Assembly (NCBI GenBank): GCA_965279375.1
Contig: OZ257156.1
Span: forward strand, 4,224,001-4,288,000
Length of the DNA stretch: 64,000 nt
Direction: 5' to 3'
Source of the DNA: Gemmatimonas sp.
GTDB taxonomy: Bacteria > Gemmatimonadota > Gemmatimonadetes > Gemmatimonadales > Gemmatimonadaceae
Shown here: positions 31,285-41,479 of the stretch, in pieces
How positions within the stretch are numbered: the first letter of the stretch is position 1
Layout: each line of letters starts with the position of its first letter
Notes under the pieces: model-generated
Databases searched by the model: none
What the model was told of the DNA's origin: nothing
What the model saw: only the letters and a program-made list of their open reading frames with translations
Position numbers and translations under genes: made by a program

Positions 31285-33095
31285 GAACGGTCTCCATCCA
31301 CCGCGTTCGGGGATGTGGGAAGTGAATCGTGCAATTCGGTGTGCGTGTCGAGATGCGAGGCGATCGGCTCCTCGACCGGCGCGTCGGGCAGCCACTCCAC
31401 CGCGCATGAAGTCGTGACGGCGCCGAGATGCGCCGGCCGTACCGTCATGGCGTACTTCTCCAGTACGCCACCGCGCGCGTTCGACTGGAATGGCGGAAGC
31501 GCGGACAGTCGCGCGGCGAGCGCGTGTTCCGACAGTTCGACGGTAATCGTGCGCGCATCGGGCTGCGCGTCGATGGCAATGATGTCGCCATCTCGCAATG
31601 CGGCGATCGGTCCGCGGTCAGCTGCCTCAGGTCCGGCGTGGCCGATGCAGAGGCCACGCGTGGCGCCGCTGAAGCGTCCGTCGGTGAGAAGCGCCACCGT
31701 CGAGCCCATACCCTGTCCGTAAATGAGCGCCGTGATGCCGAGCATCTCGCGCATGCCCGGGCCACCGCGCGGTCCCTCGTTGCGAATGACCAGAACATCG
31801 CCGGCCGCGTACTGGCGATCACGCACGGCGACCTGTGCATGCTCCTCCGATTCGAACACGCGCGCCGGTCCGCGATGCACCAGCGAGGCCAGTCCGGCCG
31901 TCTTGAGCAGCGCGCCGTTAGGGCAGAGATTGCCGCGCAGCACTGTGACGCCGCCGTCCACCGAGAGCGCGTGTCCGGCGTCGCGCACGACGTTGCCGTC
32001 TGGAGCGGGCGAGTCGGTCAGCTCCTCCGCGATCGTGCGTCCGGTGAATGTCATCGCGTCGCCGTGCAGGTGGCCCGCGTCGAGCAGCGCGCGTAGAACC
32101 ACACCGGCACCGCCCACCTGATAGAGGTCGCGTGCGAGATATCGACCACCCGGCTGCAGGCTGGCGATAAGCGGCGTCCTCGCGAACACGGCGGCGACAT
32201 CGTCGAGACCGAAAGCGATGCCGGCTTCGTGCGCAATCGCCGGAATGTGCAGCGCGGCGTTTGTGGAGCCGCCCGTTGCGGAGACCACGGCGCACGCATT
32301 CTCCAGCGCGTTCCGCGTGACGATCTCTCGTGGCAAGGGCGCATCGGCCATCACCGCGCGCATCAGCGCCTTGGCGGCGCGACGCATCAGCGGCGCACGT
32401 TCGCTGTAGACGGCGGGGACCATGCTGGAGCCGATGGGCGCGAGACCGATTGCCTCGGAGACCATGCCCATCGTGTTCGCAGTGAACTGGCCCGCGCACG
32501 CGCCCGCCGTTGGAAGGCAGCTCCGGCTGATCGACTCCAGATCGGACATCGTCGCTTCACCGGCCAGCACGCGCCCGATCGTCTCGTACGTCTCACCCAC
32601 ATGCGTGTCGCGTCCCACACCGTCCGCGCCACGCACGTGACCGGGCAGCGCAGATCCGCCGTGCACGAACACGCTGGGCACGTTGCAGCGCACGATGCCC
32701 ATCATGAGCCCGGGTAGGTTCTTGTCGCAGGCGCCGATCGCGAAGATGCCGTCCCACTGATGGCCGCGCGCGGACGCTTCGACGCTGTCGGCGATGAGCT
32801 CGCGCGACACGAGCGAGAAGCGCATCCCTGAGTGTGCGATCGACAGACCATCTGACACGGAAACCACTGGGCATTCGTGCGGGGTGCCGCCGGCGGCGAA
32901 GAGGCCTGTCTTCGCGTGCTGTGCCTGGTCGCGCAGGTTGAGATTGCACGGACTCATCTCACCGCCGGTGTGGAACAATCCGACGTGCGGGCGTGCAATG
33001 TCGTCGTCGTCCTGACCAAGGGCGCGTAGAAAGCTGCGCGTGGTCGCGCGCAGCGAGCCTTCGTAGATCGTGGCCGATCGAAAGCGCCGCGTCAT
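31281..33095 (-). CDS. Dihydroxy-acid dehydratase family protein (second IlvD/Edd paralog)
   Basis: SPCNLNL, SDGLSIAHSGMRFSLVSRE, GACDKNLPG, GACAGQFTANTM, GGSTN, TDGRFSG. Confidence 0.9.
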   Translation of the reverse strand: MTRRFRSATIYEGSLRATTRSFLRALGQDDDDIARPHVGLFHTGGEMSPCNLNLRDQAQHAKTGLFAAGGTPHECPVVSVSDGLSIAHSGMRFSLVSRELIADSVEASARGHQWDGIFAIGACDKNLPGLMMGIVRCNVPSVFVHGGSALPGHVRGADGVGRDTHVGETYETIGRVLAGEATMSDLESISRSCLPTAGACAGQFTANTMGMVSEAIGLAPIGSSMVPAVYSERAPLMRRAAKALMRAVMADAPLPREIVTRNALENACAVVSATGGSTNAALHIPAIAHEAGIAFGLDDVAAVFARTPLIASLQPGGRYLARDLYQVGGAGVVLRALLDAGHLHGDAMTFTGRTIAEELTDSPAPDGNVVRDAGHALSVDGGVTVLRGNLCPNGALLKTAGLASLVHRGPARVFESEEHAQVAVRDRQYAAGDVLVIRNEGPRGGPGMREMLGITALIYGQGMGSTVALLTDGRFSGATRGLCIGHAGPEAADRGPIAALRDGDIIAIDAQPDARTITVELSEHALAARLSALPPFQSNARGGVLEKYAMTVRPAHLGAVTTSCAVEWLPDAPVEEPIASHLDTHTELHDSLPTSPNAVDGDRS

Positions 33096-34027
33096 GACGC
33101 GTGCGAGTTGTTGTCAGGGAGCGGCGGCGTGTCGAAGAGTCGAATGAGCCGGGACATGTCGGCGTCAGCGCCCACGGCGTGATGCGCACCCGCAGCGCGC
33201 AGCAGCTCCGCAGCACGCGTCGACATCGGCACCGCTGCGCCACGCTCTCCGGCAAGGCGCACCACCTGATCGATGTCCTTCTTGAACGTGGCCAACGCGC
33301 CGATGCGCGGCGTGTCGATGCCGCGTGCCATGCGCTTGCCGAAAATCTGAAGCGGGAGCGAGTCGGCAAAGCCTCCGGCGAGAGCGCCCGGCAGGTTGTT
33401 CGCGTCGATGCCGGCTGCGTTGGCAAAGGCCAGCATCTCGGCGATCACCACCAGATTGCAGCCCACGATCATCTGATTGCAGCTTTTCGCCAACTGCCCT
33501 GCTCCCTGTGAACCCATGTGCGTCACGCGCACAGAGAGCGCGTCGAAGATCGGCGCCGAGCGCGTGAGATCCTCGACCTCGCCGCCGGCGAAGACGATCA
33601 GCTTGCCGGCGCGGGCAGCGGGCAGCCCTCCGGACACCGGCGCATCGACCCAGTGCGCGCCACAAGCCTCGCGCAGGCGTTGCGCCATGGTGACCGTGGC
33701 GTCGGGCGCGATGCTCGAGAAGTCCACGATCCACTGCTCGTCGCGCATCACCGCAGCGATACCCGTCTCGCCAAAGAGCACATCATCCACCGCGCGCGTG
33801 TCGGTGAGGCAGAGGCAGATGACATCGGTGTGCTGCGCGAGCGCCCGCGCGCTTTCGGCGGCCACCGCACCGGCGGTGACGAGCGGCGACAGCTTGGCCG
33901 CGGTTCGATTCCAGACCGTGACTGCGACGCCGCACTCGAGCAGTCGCTCGACCAACGGCGTGCCGATCAGCCCCGTGCCGATAAATCCCACGCGCAATGG
34001 TCCGCCACGAGGCGCTGTGTCAAGCAT
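33092..34027 (-). CDS. NAD(P)-dependent beta-hydroxyacid dehydrogenase (3-hydroxyisobutyrate dehydrogenase / tartronate semialdehyde reductase family)
   Basis: VGFIGTGLIG, VWNRT, DAPVSGG, GQLAKSCNQ, KKDI. Confidence 0.88.
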   Translation of the reverse strand: MLDTAPRGGPLRVGFIGTGLIGTPLVERLLECGVAVTVWNRTAAKLSPLVTAGAVAAESARALAQHTDVICLCLTDTRAVDDVLFGETGIAAVMRDEQWIVDFSSIAPDATVTMAQRLREACGAHWVDAPVSGGLPAARAGKLIVFAGGEVEDLTRSAPIFDALSVRVTHMGSQGAGQLAKSCNQMIVGCNLVVIAEMLAFANAAGIDANNLPGALAGGFADSLPLQIFGKRMARGIDTPRIGALATFKKDIDQVVRLAGERGAAVPMSTRAAELLRAAGAHHAVGADADMSRLIRLFDTPPLPDNNSHAS

Positions 34028-34820
34028 AGAGATGCAGTCCGTTGTCCATGCGAATGATCTCTCCCGTCATGCCCGGAGCCTGCGCGGCGAGAAAGAACGC
34101 GAGCGCCGCCACTTCATGCGTTTGCAGCAAGCGAGGCAGCGCCTGTGTCTTGAGGTAGTGCTCCTCTACGGCGGCGAGCTTGGCTTCGTCGAGTACGCGA
34201 CTGGGCAATCCGCCAGACACATAGGCCGGCGCGATGGCATTCACGCGAATGTGCGGCGCGAGTGCGCGGGCGAGCGACAGCGTAAGCGTATTCACCGCGC
34301 CCTTGGAGGCGGCATACGCCACGGAAGAGCCGAGTCCCGCCGTGCCCGCGATGGAGGAGATGTTGACCACCGCCCCCTGCCCGCTCTGTCGAAGTGCGTC
34401 GCTGCAGGCGCGAATCATGCGAAAGGTGCCCACGAGATTCACGTCGTAGGTGCGGGCAAACTCCGACGTGGGCAGCGCGTCCAGATCGGCGTGAGGAATG
34501 AAGCGCGTCGTCCCTGCGCAATTGACGAGCGCGCTGATGTGCGAAAAGCGCGCGCACATCGCGGCGACGGCGGCGATACAGCTCTCGTCGTTGGTGACGT
34601 CGAGTTCCACCAGCAGCGCCACGGAGCCAGCTTCGCCGCACTCACCGGCGACGCGCTCCGCGTCGGCCCGCTGCTTCGCGTTGAGGTACGTGATGCCGAC
34701 GTCCCAGCCGTGCCGAGCAAAGGTGCGCGCGCACTCCGCACCGATGCCGGTGGCGGAACCTGTGATCAAGGCGACGGGGCGGGTGGGGGACGCAGAGGCG
34801 GTGTTCGGGGGTGTGTGCAT
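34020..34820 (-). CDS. SDR family oxidoreductase
   Basis: ALITGSATGIG, LVNCAG, VVNISSIAG, YAASK, IRVNAIAP. Confidence 0.9.
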   Translation of the reverse strand: MHTPPNTASASPTRPVALITGSATGIGAECARTFARHGWDVGITYLNAKQRADAERVAGECGEAGSVALLVELDVTNDESCIAAVAAMCARFSHISALVNCAGTTRFIPHADLDALPTSEFARTYDVNLVGTFRMIRACSDALRQSGQGAVVNISSIAGTAGLGSSVAYAASKGAVNTLTLSLARALAPHIRVNAIAPAYVSGGLPSRVLDEAKLAAVEEHYLKTQALPRLLQTHEVAALAFFLAAQAPGMTGEIIRMDNGLHLYA

Positions 34821-34955
34821 GATCGAGAGCTTACGCCGTCGCCGTGGCGACCGCGACCCCCGGAGCACGGGCTGAACGACCGACGCGCCCCGCGCGTAAA
34901 TTCTGCGAGTCGAAGTTCTGGCCGAAATTCTGTTTGTCCTCTGCCCTCGCCACCG

Positions 34956-37886
34956 ATGCGATCGTACCCTCGGGCGCGCGCTGCTGCGCTCCTCCTGTTC
35001 TCCGCCGCGGCGTCCGCCGCGCCCCGCCTGCTCCTGGCGCAACAGCTCACCACGGAAACGCGCGACGCCAATCAGCGACAGGACGCGTCGTTCGAGAAGG
35101 ACTACAAGGCGTGGCTCAAGAATCCCACGCACGGGAGTCCGCTGGTGGACCACCTGCCGGTGGTGCCGGGCATTCCGTCGCCCAAGGAGATCATCGGCTA
35201 TCACGTGGGCGCGCCCAAGAAGCTCACGTACTACGCCGATCAGTTGAAGTACTATCGCGCCTTGGCCGCCGCGACCCCGCGCGTGAAGGTCGAGACGATC
35301 GGCACCAGCGATGAGGGACGTGAGCTGGTGGTGGTGTGGGTCTCGTCCGAGGCCAACATGAAGACGCTGCCGCAGAATCGCGCGAACCTCGCCAAGATCG
35401 CCGACCCGCGTGGCACGAGCGAGACGCAGATTCGCGAGCTCATCACGCGCACCAAGCCGCACTATCACCTGATGGGCGGACTGCACTCGGGCGAAACGGG
35501 CCCCAGCGAAATGCTGATGGAGCTCGTCTATCGCCTCGCGACGGAGACGTCGCCGGTCATCACGCAGATCCGCAACAACGTCTTTGTGTCCATCACGCCC
35601 GTGGCCGACGCCGATGGCCGCGATCGCAATGTGGACTGGTTCTACAAGGGGCTGGACGAAGCAGCGGCCGCACCGCCGGCTCCTGCTGCAGCCCCTTCCG
35701 CAGCTCCCGCTGGCGCTCCGCGCGACACCACGGCCGGTGGACGCGGTGCCGCGCCCGCCGCACCGCCGGCATTCGGCGGTCGTGGTGGCGGCGCCGTGCC
35801 GTACTGGGGCAAGTACGCGTACCACGACAACAACCGCGACATCAACGTCGCGCTGATGCAGATGCGCGCGATCGTGGATTGGTACTTCACGGCGCATCCG
35901 CCGATCATGCACGACCTGCACGAAGCGCAACCGCTGCTCTACACGTACAGTGGCGCCGCGCCGCAGAACCCCAATCTCGATCCGCTGCTCTTCGCCGAAC
36001 TGCCCTTCTTCGCCAACTTCGAAATGGCGCAGATGACCAAGTACGGCATGCCGGGCGTCTACACGCACGCCTTCATGGACGGTTGGTCGCCGGGCTACCT
36101 CGGCTCCGTGGCCTACAACCACAACGGCCTCATGAAGATGTACGAGACCCAATCGGGGCGGGACATCGATTCGGTGCCCGCCGCTGGTCGAGGCGCCGCG
36201 CCGGGAGGAGCGCCGGGTGGATTCGGCGGTGGGCGCGGTGGCGCTGTGCCTACAGGTCGCGGCGGCGCGCAGGACCGTGAGTGGTATCGCGGCATTCAGT
36301 ACACGCCGTACGACATGGCCACCTTCACGCGTCGCTCCAACACGAACTACATGCAGACGGGCGTCATCTCGGCGCTGCAGCTCACGTCGATGTTCCCGGC
36401 GATGGTGCTCGAGAACTTCTACATCAAGACGCGCAACGCGATCGAAGATGGCAAGAACAAGGCGCCGTACGGCTTCGTGATCCCAGTGCAGCGCGACATG
36501 ACCAAGGTCGCCGAATTCATCAACGTGATGCGCGTGCAACGCATCGAAGTGGGTGTGGCAACGGAATCGGTCACGCTCGGCGGCAAGACGTATTCCGCCG
36601 GCTCGTACATCATCAAGCGCGACCAGCCGTACGGCCGTCTCGCCAAGAACCTCATCGAGAAGCAGCAGTACCCCGACTCGCGCTTGCAGACGTACGATGA
36701 CAGCGGCTGGTCGACGGGCTTCGCGTTCAACATCGACGTCGCCGAGGTTGCTGACAGCGCGATCCTCAAGGCGAAGACCACCCCCGTGGCCACGGCCGTC
36801 GCCAAGGGCAAACTGGCTGGCACGGGCACCGCGGGCATCGCGATCGCGCATCTGGGATCGAACAACATGATCGCGTTCCGCTACAAGCTGAAGAACGTGC
36901 CCATGCGGGTCGCCGAGAAGGGGTTCACGGCGGACGGCGTCGAGTTCCCCGCTGGCTCGTTCATCGTATCCGACAACGCGGCGGCGGCGCAGGTGAAGGC
37001 CGCGGTGGAGGAGTTCGGCCTCACAGCGGCCGCTCTGAACGCGGCTCCCACGGTCACGTCGCACGACGCTGACGTACCGCGCCTTGCGATCTACTCGCAG
37101 TGGTCGGGCACGCAGAACCTCGGCTGGTATCGATTCACCTTCGACAAGTTCGGCGTTCCGTACGACCTGATTTACAAGGAGCAGGTCGCCAAGGGTGGAC
37201 TACGCGCCAAGTACGACGTGATCCTCATTGCGGAGCAGCCGCTTGGGAAGACCGTGGTCATGGCCGCACCCGCCGCGAAGCCTCAGAGCTATCTCAAGAA
37301 CGACAAGTACAAGTTCCTCGGCATGTACGGCGAGACCTCCGACATGAGCGGCGGATTCGGCCAAGTGGGCGTCGATGCGTTCGCCGATTTCCTCGAGAAG
37401 GGCGGTACGCTCATCGCGGTCGGTGAATCGGCACGTCTGCCGATCGAGTTCGGCTGGGCCAACACCGTGGACAAGGCGCCTGTGCCGGGGCTCACATCGC
37501 AGCGGCCTCTGGTAGAAGGCGAAATCATCAAGCCTGAGCACCCCGCCTTCTACGGCTACGCCAACAAGAAGCTTCCGGTGAAATACGTTGGCGGCTCGCC
37601 GTTCAAGGTCGGCATCGCCGATGAAAGCAACGTGCTGGCGCGGTATGTCGGTGGCGACGCGGCGGTGATTTCCGGGCTCATGACCGGCGCCGATTCGCTC
37701 AAGGGGCGGCCGTTCGCTGTCGACGTGCCGCAGGCATACAAGGGTCAGGGGCGCGTCATCATGTTCTCCAACAATCCGATCTATCGTTGGCAGAACCACG
37801 GCGAGTTCAACATGATCTTCAATTCCGTCATCAACTGGAACGACGAAGCCAAGGCCGCGCCCGCCACACCCAAGATCGTCCCGTAG
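34956..37886 (+). CDS. Secreted M14 family zinc carboxypeptidase-like protein
   Basis: Signal peptide, IGTSDEGR, GLHSGE (HxxE), DGRDR, NNRD, HDLHE; C-terminal glutamine-amidotransferase-like region (FLEKGGTLIA). Confidence 0.85.
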   Translation: MRSYPRARAAALLLFSAAASAAPRLLLAQQLTTETRDANQRQDASFEKDYKAWLKNPTHGSPLVDHLPVVPGIPSPKEIIGYHVGAPKKLTYYADQLKYYRALAAATPRVKVETIGTSDEGRELVVVWVSSEANMKTLPQNRANLAKIADPRGTSETQIRELITRTKPHYHLMGGLHSGETGPSEMLMELVYRLATETSPVITQIRNNVFVSITPVADADGRDRNVDWFYKGLDEAAAAPPAPAAAPSAAPAGAPRDTTAGGRGAAPAAPPAFGGRGGGAVPYWGKYAYHDNNRDINVALMQMRAIVDWYFTAHPPIMHDLHEAQPLLYTYSGAAPQNPNLDPLLFAELPFFANFEMAQMTKYGMPGVYTHAFMDGWSPGYLGSVAYNHNGLMKMYETQSGRDIDSVPAAGRGAAPGGAPGGFGGGRGGAVPTGRGGAQDREWYRGIQYTPYDMATFTRRSNTNYMQTGVISALQLTSMFPAMVLENFYIKTRNAIEDGKNKAPYGFVIPVQRDMTKVAEFINVMRVQRIEVGVATESVTLGGKTYSAGSYIIKRDQPYGRLAKNLIEKQQYPDSRLQTYDDSGWSTGFAFNIDVAEVADSAILKAKTTPVATAVAKGKLAGTGTAGIAIAHLGSNNMIAFRYKLKNVPMRVAEKGFTADGVEFPAGSFIVSDNAAAAQVKAAVEEFGLTAAALNAAPTVTSHDADVPRLAIYSQWSGTQNLGWYRFTFDKFGVPYDLIYKEQVAKGGLRAKYDVILIAEQPLGKTVVMAAPAAKPQSYLKNDKYKFLGMYGETSDMSGGFGQVGVDAFADFLEKGGTLIAVGESARLPIEFGWANTVDKAPVPGLTSQRPLVEGEIIKPEHPAFYGYANKKLPVKYVGGSPFKVGIADESNVLARYVGGDAAVISGLMTGADSLKGRPFAVDVPQAYKGQGRVIMFSNNPIYRWQNHGEFNMIFNSVINWNDEAKAAPATPKIVP

Positions 37887-37930
37887 CCCAGTGGGCAGCG
37901 CGGGGCGTCAGTTGACCGCATATTTCCCGC

Positions 37931-39232
37931 GTGACCCAGAACTCATTGAATGATCTCTTCCGCTCCATCGTCGAGAACTCCGACGACCTGATTACGGTCT
38001 TCGACGACGTTGGAGCGGTGGTGTATATCAACCGCGCCTGCGAGCGCATTCTTGGCGGGCCGCCCTCGTCGTACGTCGGCGTGAGCATCTTTGACTTCGT
38101 GCACCCCGACGAGTTCGAACGTGCGCGGGTGACGCTCGAGTTCGTGCGCGATTTCGGCCCGCCGCCCGGCTCGACGCATTTCCACATCCGTCGGACCGAT
38201 GGCTCCTACATTGCGCTCGAACTGACGGCGGGCTGGGCCACCGACGGTGAACGGAAGCTGCTCACGACCGCGGGTCGCCCGTCGGATACCCGCGACGGCC
38301 TCGAGCGCGCGATGCTGCAACTGGTGGACGGATCGTCCATCGCCGACATCATGATCACCGTGTGCGATACGGTCTCGTGGCGACAGATGCGATCGCGCGT
38401 GGGCATCACATGGCACGACCGCGACGGCCGCGAACAGCACGTTACGCAGGGCGGAACGCTTCCCGCAGAGCTCTGCGGCCTCGGCGCCGGGCCCGACAGC
38501 ATCTTCGCCGAAATCCTCGCGTCGGGAGAACGTCGGCAGTCAGCCGATCTCTCCACGTTGCCGACGGAGCTACGTGAACTCGCGGAAGCGCACGGCATCG
38601 GCGGCTACTGGTTCGAGCCGGTGCGCGTGGGCGAGAACTCCGCGCTGATCGTCACCTGGACCATCGCGGGCGGGCATCCGCCCACGGTGCACATGCAGGG
38701 GATGGAACTGGCGCGCAACATGGTCGAAGTGATCCTGCGGTGGAACGATCACCTGTGGCGATTGGACCACGCGGCCAATCACGATGAGCTCACGCACCTG
38801 CCCAATCGCAAGCCGTTCTTTCGCGCGCTCGATGGCGCGGTGCACGGCGCGGTGCTGTACTGCGACCTGGACGACTTCAAGCCCGTCAACGATCGCTTCG
38901 GACATGCGGCGGGCGACGAGCTGCTGCGGCAGGTGGCGGATCGGCTACGGTCGTGCGTGCGTGAGCACGATCTCGTGGCGCGCATCGGTGGCGACGAGTT
39001 CGCGGTGCTGTGCCCGTGGAGTTCCGCAGCCGACGCGGAGATTCTCGCGTCGCGCATTCGCGCCGTGATGGGGCCACCGTTCTATGTGAACGAGACGCCG
39101 GTGCGCGTGAGCATCAGCGTGGGCGTGTCGCACACCGCTTCGCGACTGGACGAGGCGCATGTGGCGGAGGCTGATCGCATGCTGCGCGAGGCGAAGGCAC
39201 AACGGCAGGCGTTGCGCGCTCAGATTCGCTAG
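37931..39232 (+). CDS. PAS-domain diguanylate cyclase
   Basis: PAS (YINRA, FVHPDE), HDELTHLPNR, DLDDFKPVNDRFGHAAGD, I-site RxxD (REHD), ARIGGDEF. Confidence 0.92.
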   Translation: MTQNSLNDLFRSIVENSDDLITVFDDVGAVVYINRACERILGGPPSSYVGVSIFDFVHPDEFERARVTLEFVRDFGPPPGSTHFHIRRTDGSYIALELTAGWATDGERKLLTTAGRPSDTRDGLERAMLQLVDGSSIADIMITVCDTVSWRQMRSRVGITWHDRDGREQHVTQGGTLPAELCGLGAGPDSIFAEILASGERRQSADLSTLPTELRELAEAHGIGGYWFEPVRVGENSALIVTWTIAGGHPPTVHMQGMELARNMVEVILRWNDHLWRLDHAANHDELTHLPNRKPFFRALDGAVHGAVLYCDLDDFKPVNDRFGHAAGDELLRQVADRLRSCVREHDLVARIGGDEFAVLCPWSSAADAEILASRIRAVMGPPFYVNETPVRVSISVGVSHTASRLDEAHVAEADRMLREAKAQRQALRAQIR

Positions 39233-39282
39233 CGAGCGCGCTCGCGCGAGACGCGGCGCGTTCCTTGCCCCGCGTAGCTGGC

Positions 39283-39972
39283 ATGCCAGCCAAAGAGTTC
39301 CACAGATTCGATCGCATCGGCTGGCTTCGCGCCGCCGTCATGGGTGCCAATGATGGCGTGGTTTCCACCGCCAGCCTCGTCGTCGGTGTCGCCGCGACCG
39401 GCGCGCTGCAGTCGGCGGTCGTTGTTGCGGGCGTCGCAGGCTTGGTGGCCGGCGCCATGTCGATGGCCGCGGGCGAGTATGTCTCCGTGAGCTCGCAGGC
39501 GGACACGGAGGCCGCCGACACCGAACTCGAACGCCGCGAGCTCAAGGTGGATCCGGCCGGCGAACTTCGGGAACTCCGCGAGATCTACGAAGCGCGCGGT
39601 CTCGACAGCGCACTCGCGCAGCAGGTGGCGGAGCAGTTGACGGCTCGAGGCGCGCTCGAGGCGCACATGCGCGACGAGTTGGGCATCAGCGATCACCAAC
39701 GCGCACGACCACTGCAGGCGGCGATGGCATCCGCCGCCACGTTCTCGGTGGGAGCGACGCTACCGCTGCTTGCCGGTTGGCTCGCGCCGTCGCCGCGCAT
39801 CACGGTCGTGGTAGTCCTTACCTCACTGCTGACGCTCGTCGCGCTCGGTGTCGCCTCCGCGAAGGCCGGCGGTGCGCGCCTGCGCACGGGCGCGCTCCGC
39901 GTGACGTTCTGGGGCGCCATCGCAATGTTCGCAACGTGGGGCGTCGGGCGACTTTTCGGCGCCGTTGCCTAA
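39283..39972 (+). CDS. VIT1/CCC1 family iron/manganese transporter
   Basis: WLRAAVMGANDGVVS, GAMSMAAGEYVSVSSQAD, AHMRDELG. Confidence 0.92.
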   Translation: MPAKEFHRFDRIGWLRAAVMGANDGVVSTASLVVGVAATGALQSAVVVAGVAGLVAGAMSMAAGEYVSVSSQADTEAADTELERRELKVDPAGELRELREIYEARGLDSALAQQVAEQLTARGALEAHMRDELGISDHQRARPLQAAMASAATFSVGATLPLLAGWLAPSPRITVVVVLTSLLTLVALGVASAKAGGARLRTGALRVTFWGAIAMFATWGVGRLFGAVA

Positions 39973-39981
39973 CCGCCTGCT

Positions 39982-40470
39982 TCAGTTTCTGCTGCGCGAA
40001 GGCTCCACAGTCATCGCGTCTTGCGCCGTGGCGCCGGGACGCACCTCGGTGTGGCGAATCTGTCCGCCCAACAGTCCGGTGTAGGCCATCAGCCCAGTCA
40101 CGATGGTCGCGCCGGCGAGCGCTCCGTACGACGCGGCGCGAGGCAGCGGCAATCGGCGCCAGCGAACGAGCGCACCCAGCGACACCACGCCAACGATCGC
40201 CGCCGCGATGAACGCGTTGTCTGCCAGTTCCTCATGCTCGTGAATGGCATCGCGCGTCACGCCGGGCATCTTCTCGACCGCGTCTTCGGCGGGCTCACCG
40301 GAGAACTTCGCCGCGGCAACACCGAGTGCAACCACCACCAGCGCGCCCAAGGCCACACGCGCGAGCACGTCACGCGCGTAGAACTGCGCGACGAGCAGGA
40401 GAATCACCGCGAAGACGGCACCGAGCACTGGGACATGATTCACCAGCAGGTGCAGATGCACTCCGGACAT
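39982..40470 (-). CDS. Small membrane protein, DUF2231-like
   Basis: HLHLLVNHVP, GEPAE, HEHEE, GGQIRHTE; four hydrophobic segments; AGGAG RBS. Confidence 0.75.
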   Translation of the reverse strand: MSGVHLHLLVNHVPVLGAVFAVILLLVAQFYARDVLARVALGALVVVALGVAAAKFSGEPAEDAVEKMPGVTRDAIHEHEELADNAFIAAAIVGVVSLGALVRWRRLPLPRAASYGALAGATIVTGLMAYTGLLGGQIRHTEVRPGATAQDAMTVEPSRSRN

Positions 40471-40675
40471 GTCAGCTCCTTCGTCAGCGCACGCGCACAC
40501 GAGATCGGCGCAAGCCAAGCTCGTGGGACAACCGCTCGCCGCGCGGTCGCGACCCACTCGATCATCCACGAGAGATCGGGTGCAATTGTGGGACCGCCCG
40601 CTTTATGCGGAACGCGCATCGCCCCATTCGGCAATGCCGGACAGGGCGATGCGATACTCCGTTAGGGATCGTGCC

Positions 40676-41479
40676 TCAAGGCTTCCCGGCTTTGCGTGGC
40701 GAGAGACCGAGATCGACGCCTGCCTCCGCAAGCGTTGCATTGAAGGCGTCGAGCTCGTGTGCACTGGCTTTGATCTGCGCGAGCAACGCCGCCAGCAGCT
40801 CGGCGGAGGGCTCTGCCTGCATCATCGATTCGGGTGTCACGGCCACGCGCGACTCCGCGAGCGAGAGGTTGGGAAGCGAGATGACGAACGGCGGATCGGG
40901 CGGCAGATCGTTCACGGCGCGGCCCGATGCCGTCGGCACCGAGGACTGCGTCTGGTCATTGATCACGCCTGCCGCCGAGAGATAGGTGGCGCGGAATTGC
41001 GGCGTGAGCATGACTTTCACCGGCCGATCGCTTTGCGGCCGAAAGCCGAAGAAGCCTGCCCCTCCGCGTCGCAGGACGGCGGGAAGTCGCAATCGTACGT
41101 AGCCGCGACATTCGAAGAACGGCGTCACCGGCGCGCCCGTCATCGAGAACGGGTCGGAGGGGAGCATCGCGACCAGCGCCGTGCCTTTCGCGGGGATGGC
41201 AAACGGTCTACCAAGACCGAAGCTTGGCGATGCAAGCGTGCCGGTAAGCGCGTAGATGCCTGTGCCGTTGTCGATCGACGGCGTATCGACGAAGATCACC
41301 GTGTTCGAAAACAGACTTCGGTCCGGATTCGTGATAGCCGACGTCACGAAGTCCAGCGTGTACAGGTACTCCCGATCCTCGAGATTGCTGATCTCCAGGA
41401 AGTAGCCCTGCAGTACGGTGTCGGCAGGAGGTACGGGAGACTGCGGCTTGTACACCAGCTCGAAATTGGACACTTCCAT
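40676..41479 (-). CDS. Hypothetical protein
   Basis: GAGGAG RBS before MEVSNFELVYKP; about 267-aa ORF with coding-like codon use; no family recognised. Confidence 0.7.
   Translation of the reverse strand: MEVSNFELVYKPQSPVPPADTVLQGYFLEISNLEDREYLYTLDFVTSAITNPDRSLFSNTVIFVDTPSIDNGTGIYALTGTLASPSFGLGRPFAIPAKGTALVAMLPSDPFSMTGAPVTPFFECRGYVRLRLPAVLRRGGAGFFGFRPQSDRPVKVMLTPQFRATYLSAAGVINDQTQSSVPTASGRAVNDLPPDPPFVISLPNLSLAESRVAVTPESMMQAEPSAELLAALLAQIKASAHELDAFNATLAEAGVDLGLSPRKAGKP

Noticed and set aside
33477..34955. 1469-aa ORF in the track, apparently a giant protein
   Set aside because: The first ~490 codons are the antisense shadow of the dehydrogenase and SDR genes; the real M14 protein starts at 34956 with a signal peptide
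34821..37064. 1014-aa minus-strand ORF ending in an SDR domain
   Set aside because: Upstream part is antisense to the M14 gene; the SDR itself starts at 34820
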